Source: Bryobacteraceae bacterium
GTDB taxonomy: Bacteria > Acidobacteriota > Terriglobia > Bryobacterales > Bryobacteraceae
Direction: 5' to 3'
DNA: 64,000 nt
NCBI GenBank assembly: GCA_965277435.1
Contig: OZ255821.1
Coordinates: 1,784,930-1,848,929, forward strand
Below are positions 54,929 to 64,000 of the stretch, one piece after another (the first letter of the stretch is position 1; the number at the start of each line of letters is the position of its first letter). The notes beneath the pieces were generated by a model. It was not told the DNA's origin and did not search any database. It saw nothing but the letters and a program-made list of their open reading frames with translations. Position numbers and translations under genes: made by a program.

Positions 54929-57900
54929 ATGGGGTCGATCTGCAGGGTTTTTTCGTTTAGCTTTCTACTGCTGCTCCTCGCGGCGATGATGTGTCAGGCG
55001 CAGGAAGGGTCGATTACCGGCTCGGTAACCGATGCCAGCGGCGCGACTGTCCCGAACGCGACCGTCATCGTCACAAGTAACCAACAGAGCTTTGTCAGAA
55101 CGGTAAACAGCAATGGTAGCGGCGATTATCTCGTTCCGGGCTTGCCGGCCGGAACGTACAACATCGAAGTCAAAGCAGCCGGATTCCAGCAGTTTCTCAT
55201 TAAAGATCTGGTCTTACGCGTGGCGGAGAAGGCTCGTGCCGACGCCTCACTCACTTTGGGCCAGACCAGCACCGAGGTCACCGTTGCCGGCGTTAATGTT
55301 GCTCAAGTGCAGACCGAATCGGCTGAGCTTTCGGGGACAATCACAAACAAGCAGATCAACCAGCTTGTATTAAACGGCCGAAACTTCACGCAGCTGGTCA
55401 CTCTTATCCCCGGCGTTAGCAATCAAACGGGCCAGGATGAAGGTACCGTGGGCGTGAACGGTAGCGTCTCGTTCAGCGTAAACGGAGGCCGCACAGAGTA
55501 CAACAACTGGGAATTGGATGGCGGCGACAACATGGACAATGGCAGTAACGCCACCCTCAACTCGTACCCCAACGTCGATGCCATCGCGGAAGTCAAGGTT
55601 TTAACCTCGAACTACGGCGCGCAGTATGGCCGCAACGGCTCCGCGACGATCGAGACCGTCACCAAGTCCGGCACGCGGGATTTTCATGGCGACGTGTTCG
55701 AATTTCTGCGCAACGATGCCTTTAACGCCCGCAATTACTTCCAGCCGACTGTCCCCGAGTACAAGAAACACGATTTCGGGTACACCATCGGTGGTCCCGT
55801 CTTCATTCCGAAGCTCTACAACACCAGCCGCCAAAAAACATTTTTCTTCTTTTCCGAAGAATGGCGAAAGGAACTTGTCCCCGGCCAGACGTTCAATCAG
55901 CAGGTGCCCTCGAATGCCGAGCGCGGCGGCGATTTTTCGGATGCTTGCCCTGGATCTAGTTGTCCGATGGATCCAACGACAGGCCAGCCTTTTCCGAACA
56001 ATCTTGTTCCGGTAAGCCCTCAAGCACAAGCTATGCTCCCCCTTATCCCAGCCGCGACGACTGGTTCCGGGGCAAACTCGTCTTACAACGCCGCGCCAGC
56101 GCAGAAAACCGATTTCCGTGAGGAACTGGTTCGAGTTGATCAGAACATTTCGGAGAAGGAACGCTTCTTTTTTCGATTCATTCACGATTCATGGAGCACC
56201 GTGAATCCTACGCCGCTTTGGGGCTCACCTTCTGGGAGTTTCCCCACCGTTCAGACTAGTTTCGTCGGACCTGGTGTCAGCATGGTGGCGAACCTGACTT
56301 CGACCATCTCTCCAACCCTCCTGAACGAATTCTCATTCAGTTACACCACCGACCACATTACTTTGAATGCAATCGGCCCCGTGCAGCGACCTAGTAATTT
56401 CAACCTGCCGGGTATCTTCAACAACGGGTTTCGCGGCCTTCTGCCGAACGTCTCTATCGTCAATACGGCGGAGTACGGAGGGGGATTCAATGCCGCCACC
56501 GGGTACTTCCCCTGGACCAATTCAAATCCGACTTTTACTTACAAGGACAACGTTACAAAGATACTCGGCAGTCACAATCTTCTATTCGGTGTTGCTTTCA
56601 TAGCTGCTCAAAAGAACGAAGAGAATTCCAACTTCCAAGATGCACAAGGCACTCTCACTTTTGATGGCTCCAACTCGATGATTTCCACTGGAAACGGTTT
56701 TGCCGACTTTCTGGTCGGCCGGATTTCAACTTTCGACCAAACGAATCAGCTCTTGAAGTATTACAACCGCTATAAAATTGTGGAGCCGTATATTCAAGAC
56801 GACTGGCATGTTACTAAGAAGTTGACCCTGAATCTCGGATTACGGCTCAGCCTATTCGGCACGTATCGGGAGAAGTACAAACAGGCGTATGCTTTCCGGC
56901 CGAGCGTCTATGATGCTACCCAGATTGCCCTCGATGGGAATGGCAACGTCCTGGGCAATCAGTTCACCGGACTTGTGCAATGTGGAGGTCCGGGCATTCC
57001 CGCCGGCTGTCTGACGGGCCACCTCTTCAATCCAGCTCCTCGCGTCGGATTTGCCTACGATCCGGTCGGCGACGGAAAAACTTCTATTCGCGGCGGTTAC
57101 GGAATCTTCTTTGAACACACCAACGGCAACGAAGGCAATACCGAATCGCTCGAAGGCACTCCTCCGCTCGTGCAAAACTCTTCGGTGTTCAACGTTCCAA
57201 ATTACACGAGCATCGGAGCTACCAGCGCCGGCGCTCCGGGCCCTCTCAACGTTATTGCTCTTCCCACCAAGGCCATTTGGCCTTATGTCCAGCAGTGGAA
57301 CTTCAGCGTGCAACGCGAACTGCCCGGCCACACGCTTCTCACGCTCGCCTATGCCGGCAGCAAAGGAACTCATCTCACCGATCAGCGCGACATCAACCAG
57401 CTTGCGCCCACTCCGGCCTCACAGAATCCCTATCTGCCGGGACAAGTGATTAACACCTCTACCGACTGCGGATCTCCGGCTACCGTTAGCGGCAACCCCG
57501 TGACTGGGCAAGCCGCGAATAACCTTCAGGTTGCCTGCGGAGCTAACCCCAACGTATTTCGACCGTATCAAGGCTTCGGTAACATCACGCTGCTCGAAGA
57601 TCAAGCCAACTCGATTTACAACTCGATGCAGGTATCAGCCCGGCGTAACGTGGGCCGTGTCACCCTTAGCCTTTCCTACACCTGGAGCCACTCGATCGAC
57701 GATTTCTCCGATCGTTCCGATGGCACCTTTGTAAACTCTTACGACCTGGCAAGTAATCGCGCGAGTTCTAACTTCGATCAACGCCATCTACTTAATATTA
57801 GTTACGTGTATGATCTTCCGTTCTTCACCAGCTCCGGCGCTCTCCACACTATCCTTGGCGGATGGCAATGGTCGGGCTTGGTCACTTATCAGTCGGGAAC

Positions 57901-58369
57901 TCCATTTACAATTAAGAACGGCGCGATCGGCGACAACGCCGGCGTTGGCAACAGCTTGGGAAATGGCTCTTACGTGGACGTGGTAGGGAATCCATTTTCC
58001 GTCCAAAACACGCAAGTTCTTGGAGCCGGACCCTTGCTGTTTAATCCTGCAGCCTTCTCCGAACCGACCGGGTTAACCTTCGGCAACAGCGGGCGTAACT
58101 CTCTTACAAACCCGGCGCGCACGAATTTCGACATGGGCCTGTTCAAGCATTTCCCTTTGAAAAGCGAAAGTCGATCCATCGAGTTTCGCGCAGAGGCCTT
58201 CAACGTCTTTAACCACACCCAATGGATAGGCTTAAATGGCGCAGGCAGCAACTCAAACGATCTTACGGCTACCTGCTCCGGCCTTTGCACCGACAACGGA
58301 AGCTTTCTACGGCCAAGTGCTGCTCATAACCCCCGAATTCTGCAACTAGGACTTAAGTTTATCTTCTAA
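54929..58369 (+). CDS. TonB-dependent outer-membrane receptor with an N-terminal CarboxypepD_reg domain
   Basis: The start at ATG 54929 gives the signal peptide MGSICRVFSFSFLLLLLAAMMCQA. It has ITGSVTDASGATVPNATVIV, the plug region NGRNFTQLVTLIPGV, and a C-terminal LGLKFIF with a terminal Phe. Confidence 0.85.
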   Translation: MGSICRVFSFSFLLLLLAAMMCQAQEGSITGSVTDASGATVPNATVIVTSNQQSFVRTVNSNGSGDYLVPGLPAGTYNIEVKAAGFQQFLIKDLVLRVAEKARADASLTLGQTSTEVTVAGVNVAQVQTESAELSGTITNKQINQLVLNGRNFTQLVTLIPGVSNQTGQDEGTVGVNGSVSFSVNGGRTEYNNWELDGGDNMDNGSNATLNSYPNVDAIAEVKVLTSNYGAQYGRNGSATIETVTKSGTRDFHGDVFEFLRNDAFNARNYFQPTVPEYKKHDFGYTIGGPVFIPKLYNTSRQKTFFFFSEEWRKELVPGQTFNQQVPSNAERGGDFSDACPGSSCPMDPTTGQPFPNNLVPVSPQAQAMLPLIPAATTGSGANSSYNAAPAQKTDFREELVRVDQNISEKERFFFRFIHDSWSTVNPTPLWGSPSGSFPTVQTSFVGPGVSMVANLTSTISPTLLNEFSFSYTTDHITLNAIGPVQRPSNFNLPGIFNNGFRGLLPNVSIVNTAEYGGGFNAATGYFPWTNSNPTFTYKDNVTKILGSHNLLFGVAFIAAQKNEENSNFQDAQGTLTFDGSNSMISTGNGFADFLVGRISTFDQTNQLLKYYNRYKIVEPYIQDDWHVTKKLTLNLGLRLSLFGTYREKYKQAYAFRPSVYDATQIALDGNGNVLGNQFTGLVQCGGPGIPAGCLTGHLFNPAPRVGFAYDPVGDGKTSIRGGYGIFFEHTNGNEGNTESLEGTPPLVQNSSVFNVPNYTSIGATSAGAPGPLNVIALPTKAIWPYVQQWNFSVQRELPGHTLLTLAYAGSKGTHLTDQRDINQLAPTPASQNPYLPGQVINTSTDCGSPATVSGNPVTGQAANNLQVACGANPNVFRPYQGFGNITLLEDQANSIYNSMQVSARRNVGRVTLSLSYTWSHSIDDFSDRSDGTFVNSYDLASNRASSNFDQRHLLNISYVYDLPFFTSSGALHTILGGWQWSGLVTYQSGTPFTIKNGAIGDNAGVGNSLGNGSYVDVVGNPFSVQNTQVLGAGPLLFNPAAFSEPTGLTFGNSGRNSLTNPARTNFDMGLFKHFPLKSESRSIEFRAEAFNVFNHTQWIGLNGAGSNSNDLTATCSGLCTDNGSFLRPSAAHNPRILQLGLKFIF

Positions 58370-58375
58370 AAACAA

Positions 58376-58401
58376 GCGCCTGCGAGATCTCCCGCAGGCG
58401 C
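58376..58401. terminator. stem-loop GCGCCTGCG-AGATCTCC-CGCAGGCGC between convergent genes
   Basis: A 9-bp perfect GC-rich stem that starts 7 nt after the receptor stop. It has no strong U-tract, so terminator function is tentative. Confidence 0.5.
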
Positions 58402-58426
58402 GTCAGTCACTTTAAAGCTGCTCAGA

Positions 58427-58666
58427 CTAAGTAGTAGCCGTCTTATCAGCCACCTTATCGGCGCCTTTATTAATGCCCTTCTTAGTAGCGTGAGTGCTCT
58501 TCTTAAACCCCTTCTTCACTGCAGAGGTGGTTTTCGTCGCACCCTTTTCCGTAGCGGTCTTGGTGTCGTGAGCGGCGTCTTTGGCGTCTTGTCCTACCTG
58601 GGCCATAGCCGGAAGAGTAGCGGCCAACCCGAGTGTTAATGCGAGCGAGAGAATCGTGGTTTTCAT
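58427..58666 (-). CDS. small secreted lysine/threonine-rich protein
   Basis: Signal peptide MKTTILSLALTLGLAATLPAMA followed by the low-complexity KKGFKKSTHATKKGINKGADKVADK. No family recognised. Confidence 0.45.
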   Translation of the reverse strand: MKTTILSLALTLGLAATLPAMAQVGQDAKDAAHDTKTATEKGATKTTSAVKKGFKKSTHATKKGINKGADKVADKTATT

Positions 58667-58743
58667 CAATTCCATCCTACTCGCGCTCAAGCAAGTTTAG
58701 ATCGTAAAAACCGCCAGATTACAGCAAATTAATCGCTCGTACG

Positions 58744-59823
58744 TTAAGCAGACCGCGTCTCGGCTATCTTCTCCGAATACCGGGCGAGCAATCCATCTTC
58801 GAAAGTGTAAGTAGGTTTGGGAAAACCCCTCTTACTCAAATATGCACGGTAAGTAGTACGCAGACCTTCCTCAAAATCTACCGGCTTGAAGCTCAGCATC
58901 CGCTGTGCCTTGGTAATGATCAGCGTGATCGCCGGCATATCGAAGTAGTCGCCGAAGTAGAGCTTATCGCCGCCGATCACTTTCCCGCCGGCCCGGTAGA
59001 TAGACTCGCGTGGCACAGGAACCAGCTCAGGCTGTCTAACGCCGGAAACTCGGGCCAACTCCAGCAGCAACTCATGTTGGGTAACGGCGCGCGGATTGGA
59101 AGTATTAAACGCATGTCCGGCCGTATTGCGGCTCTCCATCACACGTATCGCCAAGTCAACCAGATCATTCACGAAAATGAACTGCATCAACCTGTGGCCC
59201 TCGCTCGGCAGAATTACCGGCCGTCCAGCGCGAAAACGGTCCCAGAAAAACGCCTCCCGGTAAAACGGATTACCCGGCCCATACACAAAAGGCGGCCTCA
59301 GCGTCACGATGGGAAAACCCGTCTTCTGATGTAGCCGGAAAAGCGCCCGCTCACTCATGGCCTTGTGCCGGCAATAAGCATTCGGGTGATCGTCAGGCGC
59401 CAGCGCGTCGCCTTCGTGATGGTTTAAACCGTCACCATAGGCCGCCACGCTCGACATAAACACATATTTGCCGACCTTGCCGTCGAACAGGTGCGCCGTG
59501 GCGTCCACTTGCGCTCCGGTGGTTCCACGCTCCCAATCGTAGACAAAATCGTAGACCACATCGAAGCGTGCCGCGCCAACAGCCGCCTTTACGCTCTCCG
59601 CATCGTTCCGGTCGGCTACCAGGTTATGCACCCGCTTGGTAAAACAATGCCGCGGCTTGCGGTGCAGAACCGAGACCTCATGGCCGGCGCTCGACAGCCT
59701 CTCCACCAGCAAGCGGCCGATAAACTGCGTTCCGCCGAGAACAAGGATACGTTTTAAGTCGGAACCGGACCCGTTCAGCGGCTTCTGTGTGTTGGAATGG
59801 TAAGAGATCGGGCTGGTAGGCAT
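58744..59823 (-). CDS. NAD-dependent epimerase/dehydratase family protein
   Basis: Rossmann motif ILVLGGTQFIGRLL and an extended-SDR-like body. Confidence 0.8.
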   Translation of the reverse strand: MPTSPISYHSNTQKPLNGSGSDLKRILVLGGTQFIGRLLVERLSSAGHEVSVLHRKPRHCFTKRVHNLVADRNDAESVKAAVGAARFDVVYDFVYDWERGTTGAQVDATAHLFDGKVGKYVFMSSVAAYGDGLNHHEGDALAPDDHPNAYCRHKAMSERALFRLHQKTGFPIVTLRPPFVYGPGNPFYREAFFWDRFRAGRPVILPSEGHRLMQFIFVNDLVDLAIRVMESRNTAGHAFNTSNPRAVTQHELLLELARVSGVRQPELVPVPRESIYRAGGKVIGGDKLYFGDYFDMPAITLIITKAQRMLSFKPVDFEEGLRTTYRAYLSKRGFPKPTYTFEDGLLARYSEKIAETRSA

Positions 59824-59859
59824 CGAGCAACCTACCCATTAGACGGCGCACAACCCAAC

Positions 59860-61179
59860 TTAGTCGTAGTATTCCAGGCCCAGGTGAGTAATGAGGTCCT
59901 CACCCTTCATCCACCGCAGCGTATTCTTGAGCTTCATCAACTGAATAAAGATGTCGTGCTCGGGATAAAGACCCGGCGCAGTCATAGGACCCTTGAAGTA
60001 GAAGGAAAGCCATTCCTGTATGCCTTTCAAGCCCGCCCGCTGAGCCAAATCCATAAATAGAACCAGATCGAGCACGAGCGGAGCCGCCAGGATCGAATCA
60101 CGACAGAGGAAATCGATCTTAATCTGCATAGGATAGCCAAGCCAGCCGAAAATGTCGATGTTGTCCCAGCCCTCCTTCGCATCGCCGCGCGGCGGATAGT
60201 AATTGATTCGTACTGCATGATACAGGTCCCCATACAGCTCGGGATACAGATCGGGCTGCAGAATCTGCTCTAAAACGGATAACTTCGTTTCTTCTTTGGT
60301 TTTGAAGGAGCCTGGGTCCTCTAGTACTTCGCCGTCGCGGTTGCCGAGGATGTTCGTTGAAAACCAGCCGCGAACTCCCAGCATCCGCGCCTTGAAGCCG
60401 GGGGCCAGCAAAGTCTTCATGTAGGTCTGCCCGGTCTTGAAGTCCTTGCCGCAAATCGGCACTTCGTTCCGCCGCGCCAGATCCAAAAGTGCCGGAACAT
60501 CGGTCGTCAAGTTCGGCGCCCCATTGGCAAACGGAACCCCCAGCTTCAAAGCAGCGTACGCATAAATTTGGCTCGGCGCAATATGCGGATCGCTCTCGTG
60601 CAATCCCTTTTCAAAGGATTCGATCGTCTGGTGTACCGGCGCTGGTTTATGAAACACCTCGGTCGAACCGCACCAGATCATCACCAGCCGCGCGCATCCA
60701 TTATTCTTCTTGAAATCACGGATATCCTGCATCACGGCTTCCGCGAGTTCCATCTTGTTCGCGCCCGTTTTTACGTTTGGTCCATTGATCCGCTTCACGT
60801 ACTCGTGATCGAAGACGGCCTTCATCGGACGGATCGTCGATAGCGGTTCCTTCAGCTTGTCGAGTAAGGGCGTTTCGAGAACCCTGGCCTTTGAAGCGGC
60901 TTCGTAGGTGTTGTCGTCGTAAATGTCCCAACCACCGAATGAAAGGCAATCGAGAGGCGCCAGCGGCACAAAATCCTTGATACGTGGCGTGCGCCCCTCG
61001 GTCCGTTTACCAAGCCGGACCGTTCCCAGCTGCGTCAAAGATCCAATCGGCGCACCGAGTCCCTGCCGCACCGCTTCCACGCCAGCGATGAACGTCGAGG
61101 TCACTGCGCCCATGCCAGGAATCAACACCCCCAGCTTGCCGTCTGCTGACGCGATCTTGATGCTCCCTTTTCGTGACAA
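59860..61179 (-). CDS. ino1: myo-inositol-1-phosphate (inositol-3-phosphate) synthase
   Basis: Similarity to bacterial/archaeal MIPS runs the full length (GVLIPGMGAVTSTFIAGV..., NGAPNL..., C-terminal region). Confidence 0.9.
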   Translation of the reverse strand: MSRKGSIKIASADGKLGVLIPGMGAVTSTFIAGVEAVRQGLGAPIGSLTQLGTVRLGKRTEGRTPRIKDFVPLAPLDCLSFGGWDIYDDNTYEAASKARVLETPLLDKLKEPLSTIRPMKAVFDHEYVKRINGPNVKTGANKMELAEAVMQDIRDFKKNNGCARLVMIWCGSTEVFHKPAPVHQTIESFEKGLHESDPHIAPSQIYAYAALKLGVPFANGAPNLTTDVPALLDLARRNEVPICGKDFKTGQTYMKTLLAPGFKARMLGVRGWFSTNILGNRDGEVLEDPGSFKTKEETKLSVLEQILQPDLYPELYGDLYHAVRINYYPPRGDAKEGWDNIDIFGWLGYPMQIKIDFLCRDSILAAPLVLDLVLFMDLAQRAGLKGIQEWLSFYFKGPMTAPGLYPEHDIFIQLMKLKNTLRWMKGEDLITHLGLEYYD

Positions 61180-61280
61180 TTAAAACTCCTCGGATTCTGT
61201 TACGACTGCGTGTCCGGCTCTAACGAGTAAGGTGCCCCTCGCGGCGGGTGCCATGCAATCCTACGTTATACTAACATTCG

Positions 61281-62060
61281 ATGTCGACCGTCCCTACGGG
61301 GAACATACCCACCCTGATTGTGGATGACGAGCAGTTGGCCCGGGATGAACTTTCATTCCTTCTGAAAGAGTTCCCGGAAGTCGATATTTTGGCCATGGCC
61401 TCGAACGGACTCGAAGCTGTCTCGATGATCGAGCAGTTGGAACCCGAGTTGGTGCTGCTCGATGTGCAGATGCCCGGCATGGATGGCCTCGGCGTCATCT
61501 CGAAAGTTCGCGCATCCGATGGTCCCGTTCCACATTTCGTTTTGACCACTGCCTTCGATCAATATGCCGTCGAAGCGTTCCGCCTGGAAGCGCTGGACTA
61601 TTTGCTCAAGCCGATCGAAAAGGAGCGACTGGCCGAATCCGTCGCCCGCACGAAACGACTCCTGGAAGAGAAGCATAGCCAGGAAAAATCAGCAGACGCC
61701 TTCAACGGAAAAGCCAGTTCGCATCGCAACAAATTGATGGTCAGAACAAACAACCGGAATCTGATCGTCGACGTGCAGGACCTGGTTTACGCCACGATCG
61801 ACGATGGCATGATCACGGTCGCAACAGCCCAATTCGAAGGCCAATCTAATTACCGCACGATCGAGGAACTGCAGTCCAATCTGGACCCTGACCTTTTTTG
61901 GAGGGTCCATCGCTCGTTCCTGGTCAATATCAACAAAATCCGGGAGGTAATCCCGTGGTTCAAATCGAGCTTTCAACTGAAAATGAACGATCGTAAGCAG
62001 ACCGAAATCCCGGTGAGCCGCATCCAAACCCGCCGCCTGCGCACCTTGTTAAAGATTTAG
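61281..62060 (+). CDS. LytR/AlgR (LytTR) family response regulator
   Basis: Receiver domain (TLIVDDEQLARDEL, LLDVQMPGMDG) plus the LytTR DNA-binding domain (FWRVHRSFLVNINKI). Confidence 0.9.
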   Translation: MSTVPTGNIPTLIVDDEQLARDELSFLLKEFPEVDILAMASNGLEAVSMIEQLEPELVLLDVQMPGMDGLGVISKVRASDGPVPHFVLTTAFDQYAVEAFRLEALDYLLKPIEKERLAESVARTKRLLEEKHSQEKSADAFNGKASSHRNKLMVRTNNRNLIVDVQDLVYATIDDGMITVATAQFEGQSNYRTIEELQSNLDPDLFWRVHRSFLVNINKIREVIPWFKSSFQLKMNDRKQTEIPVSRIQTRRLRTLLKI

Positions 62061-62098
62061 GAAGGGTAGGCTAAAGCCAGGCTTTAGCCTACCCTTCC
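62060..62098. terminator. 39-nt perfect palindrome (19-bp arms) spanning exactly stop codon to stop codon of two convergent genes; candidate bidirectional terminator
   Basis: GGAAGGGTAGGCTAAAGCC-A-GGCTTTAGCCTACCCTTCC. Its first G is the last base of TAG (62058-62060) and its last C is the first base of the opposing stop (62098-62100). Confidence 0.55.
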
Positions 62099-64000
62099 TA
62101 GTTCACCCGCGGACCCTGCTGTTTAGCCAAACGAACCCGCGCGCCATCCAATTTTTTCTGCACCTTGGCAATCTCATCCGGCTCGGCATCTGTGGCAGCA
62201 CTGGTATTCCACTCTTTCAGAGACGATTGCCACTGGTTGATCGCCTCCTGCGTCTTACCCTGCTTGAAATAAACATCGCCGAGATGGTCGTGAATTGTCG
62301 GATCTTTCGACATTAACTGAACGGACTTCGTCAGCTGCTGCTCCGCATCGTCCAATTTGTTTAAACGATAGTACACCCACCCCAAGCTATCCAAAAACGC
62401 ATAGTTTTGCGGGTCAAGGCTGATCGCTTTTTGAATCAGATCGCGAGCTTCGGTCAGCCGGGTATTCTGATCCGCCAGCATGTAGCCAAGATAATTCATG
62501 GCAGAGGCATTGCTCGGATCATTGTCGATCACCTGGCGGAACGTCCGCTCTGCCTGTTCAAACTTCTTCTGGCGCTCCAGCATTTCACCGCGCAGAAACA
62601 GGATCGCGGTCTTTTCTTCCTTGGTTTGCGAGAGCTTATCGGCCGAATCGATCACCTTCGCCATCTCGCTGTAGTTCTTGGCCTTCTGGTACGTGTCGGC
62701 CATCTGCAAATAGATTTCCCGATCGCTCTTGCCGTTCAGCAGCTTCTTCAATTCCGCAATGGACTGATCGGTTTTGCCCTGATCGGCCAGCAGTTCCGCA
62801 CGAACCTGAGTCAGCGTGCGGTCATTCGGATACTTCTTCGCGGCGGCATCGCTCGCCGCCTGCGCTTTAGGAAAGTCTTTCGCCATGCGATACGTGTCGA
62901 TCACTTGCGCTTCCACCCGCGGCGTCAGATCCGGATCGAGCGCGGATATTTCACGGAACGAAGCCACCGCCTGGTCATACTGCTCGTTTGTGCGGTAGAG
63001 AACACCAAGCCGCTCCAGGGTTTCGGCGCGCGCCCCTTTTTGCTGCTGATCGTAGCTGCGATGCGCCGTTTTATCGAGCAAGGTCTTCAGCACGGCGATC
63101 GCATCCGTTGTCTTGCCCTCATCCGACAGTAAATTGGCGTCGGCGAAAAGCACCTCACCGTTGTCGGCATCCAGCTGTTTGGCCTTATCGATCATGCGCC
63201 GGGCATCCGGCAGTTTCTTTTGCTCGCGATAGATCTGCGCTGATCGCAAATAAGGCTCCGGATCTTGCGCGTTCGCCTCCATCAGTTCCTGATAGCTCTT
63301 CAAAGCGTCGTCATAGCGGCCGCCGAGCGCCAAGTCCTGCGCCATAGCGGTTTTCAATTCGGCACGGCTTGGGTCCAAATCCAGAGCCTTCTTGTAAGCA
63401 TCCGCCGCCAGCGAATACTCATGCATCGACTCGTAATTGTTCGCCAAGATCACCAGCGCCCGCGGAGACGGATTCGTCTGTGCCAGTTTCTCCAGCAGAG
63501 CGGAAGCCGATTTCACGTCACCCCGGTCCGAATAGACGCTCGCCAACCCTACGATCGCGTCTTCGTTGTCGGGATCGACCGCAGTCGCCTGTTTAAACGC
63601 AGCTTCGGCCGATACCGAATCGTTCACCACCCGGTCCAGACGCCCCAGCATCACCAGGCTTTCCGTATCCTTCGGATCTTTTTGCGTAACGAACTTGTAC
63701 TGCTCGATGGCTTTACGAGCCATGTTCTCGTCTACGTGATTCGTCTGTGAATCGCCAATCTGCTGGGTATAAATATGCGCCAAAACCCGGCGCGCATTCA
63801 GATCGTCCGGGTTCGTTTTTAAAGCTTGCTGCGCTTCCTCGACTGCTTCCCGCAGCCGGCCCGACATGCGGTACAGTTCGGCAATATTCTCGACCAGGAA
63901 TCCCGCGGCCGGATCTTCCTTCATCGCCAGCCGGAAATTATCGATCGCTTTGTTTACATAATCCGTACGGTTGCCATACGAAGCGGCCAAGTCCTGGTAC
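62098..64000 (-). CDS. tetratricopeptide (TPR) repeat protein; the 5' end lies outside the window
   Basis: TPR-like repeats run throughout (AxxxYxxAL..DP patterns). The frame is still open at the window edge, upstream of the ORF-track start. Confidence 0.8.
   Translation of the reverse strand, partial: YQDLAASYGNRTDYVNKAIDNFRLAMKEDPAAGFLVENIAELYRMSGRLREAVEEAQQALKTNPDDLNARRVLAHIYTQQIGDSQTNHVDENMARKAIEQYKFVTQKDPKDTESLVMLGRLDRVVNDSVSAEAAFKQATAVDPDNEDAIVGLASVYSDRGDVKSASALLEKLAQTNPSPRALVILANNYESMHEYSLAADAYKKALDLDPSRAELKTAMAQDLALGGRYDDALKSYQELMEANAQDPEPYLRSAQIYREQKKLPDARRMIDKAKQLDADNGEVLFADANLLSDEGKTTDAIAVLKTLLDKTAHRSYDQQQKGARAETLERLGVLYRTNEQYDQAVASFREISALDPDLTPRVEAQVIDTYRMAKDFPKAQAASDAAAKKYPNDRTLTQVRAELLADQGKTDQSIAELKKLLNGKSDREIYLQMADTYQKAKNYSEMAKVIDSADKLSQTKEEKTAILFLRGEMLERQKKFEQAERTFRQVIDNDPSNASAMNYLGYMLADQNTRLTEARDLIQKAISLDPQNYAFLDSLGWVYYRLNKLDDAEQQLTKSVQLMSKDPTIHDHLGDVYFKQGKTQEAINQWQSSLKEWNTSAATDAEPDEIAKVQKKLDGARVRLAKQQGPRVN

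Overview
This is a gene-dense, moderately GC-rich 64-kb chromosomal window. The gene content includes an ADOP-type duplicated orphan permease, a giant CarboxypepD_reg-type TonB-dependent receptor, exosortase/EpsI, a SpoIVB-like S55 peptidase and several membrane-sensor/GAF/PP2C phosphatases. I associate this set with Acidobacteria (Terriglobia-like), but that taxon call is inference only.

Content from left to right:
- Origin-type partition locus: mnmG 3' end, two parS palindromes, parA, parB, then tRNA-Met(CAT).
- A translationally coupled S55 peptidase/beta-propeller pair, divergent from exosortase + EpsI.
- azoR-DoxX with a TetR regulator.
- PP2C phosphatase paralog 1, a small SUOX-fold protein and an ADOP permease.
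- A 42-bp x 9 hairpin-containing tandem array.
- A single-module NRPS-like gene (partial C, A, T, TE), convergent with an Sfp-type PPTase.
- cysM, a JAMM peptidase and a ubiquitin-like/E1/rhodanese fusion (sulfur-carrier system).
- PP2C paralog 2, an AT-richer two-gene glycosyltransferase cassette, a decayed PP2C fragment and a frameshifted PP2C paralog 3.
- A secreted hypothetical protein, an M48 peptidase and thiD.
- An Arn-like envelope glycosylation cluster: GT2, two SDR epimerase/dehydratases and a large polytopic membrane protein.
- An AT-rich islet with an IS481-like element abutting tRNA-Pro(GGG).
- A split kdpD/kdpE module with no kdpFABC in the window.
- An M28 peptidase, a ROK kinase and sthA.
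- A LacI-controlled sugar/amino-sugar utilisation locus with a TonB-dependent receptor.
- ino1 plus an SDR gene, a LytTR response regulator and a TPR protein that runs off the right edge.

No CRISPR array, prophage or recognisable defence system was seen.

Most interesting items:
- The phased 42-bp array upstream of the NRPS gene.
- A possible NRPS plus sulfur-carrier (thioacid-type) biosynthetic neighbourhood.
- The Ubl-E1-rhodanese fusion next to a JAMM peptidase.
- The duplication and decay footprint of the PP2C family around the glycosyltransferase cassette.

All coordinates were derived by hand from the ORF track and the sequence. Non-coding feature boundaries may be off by a base or two.
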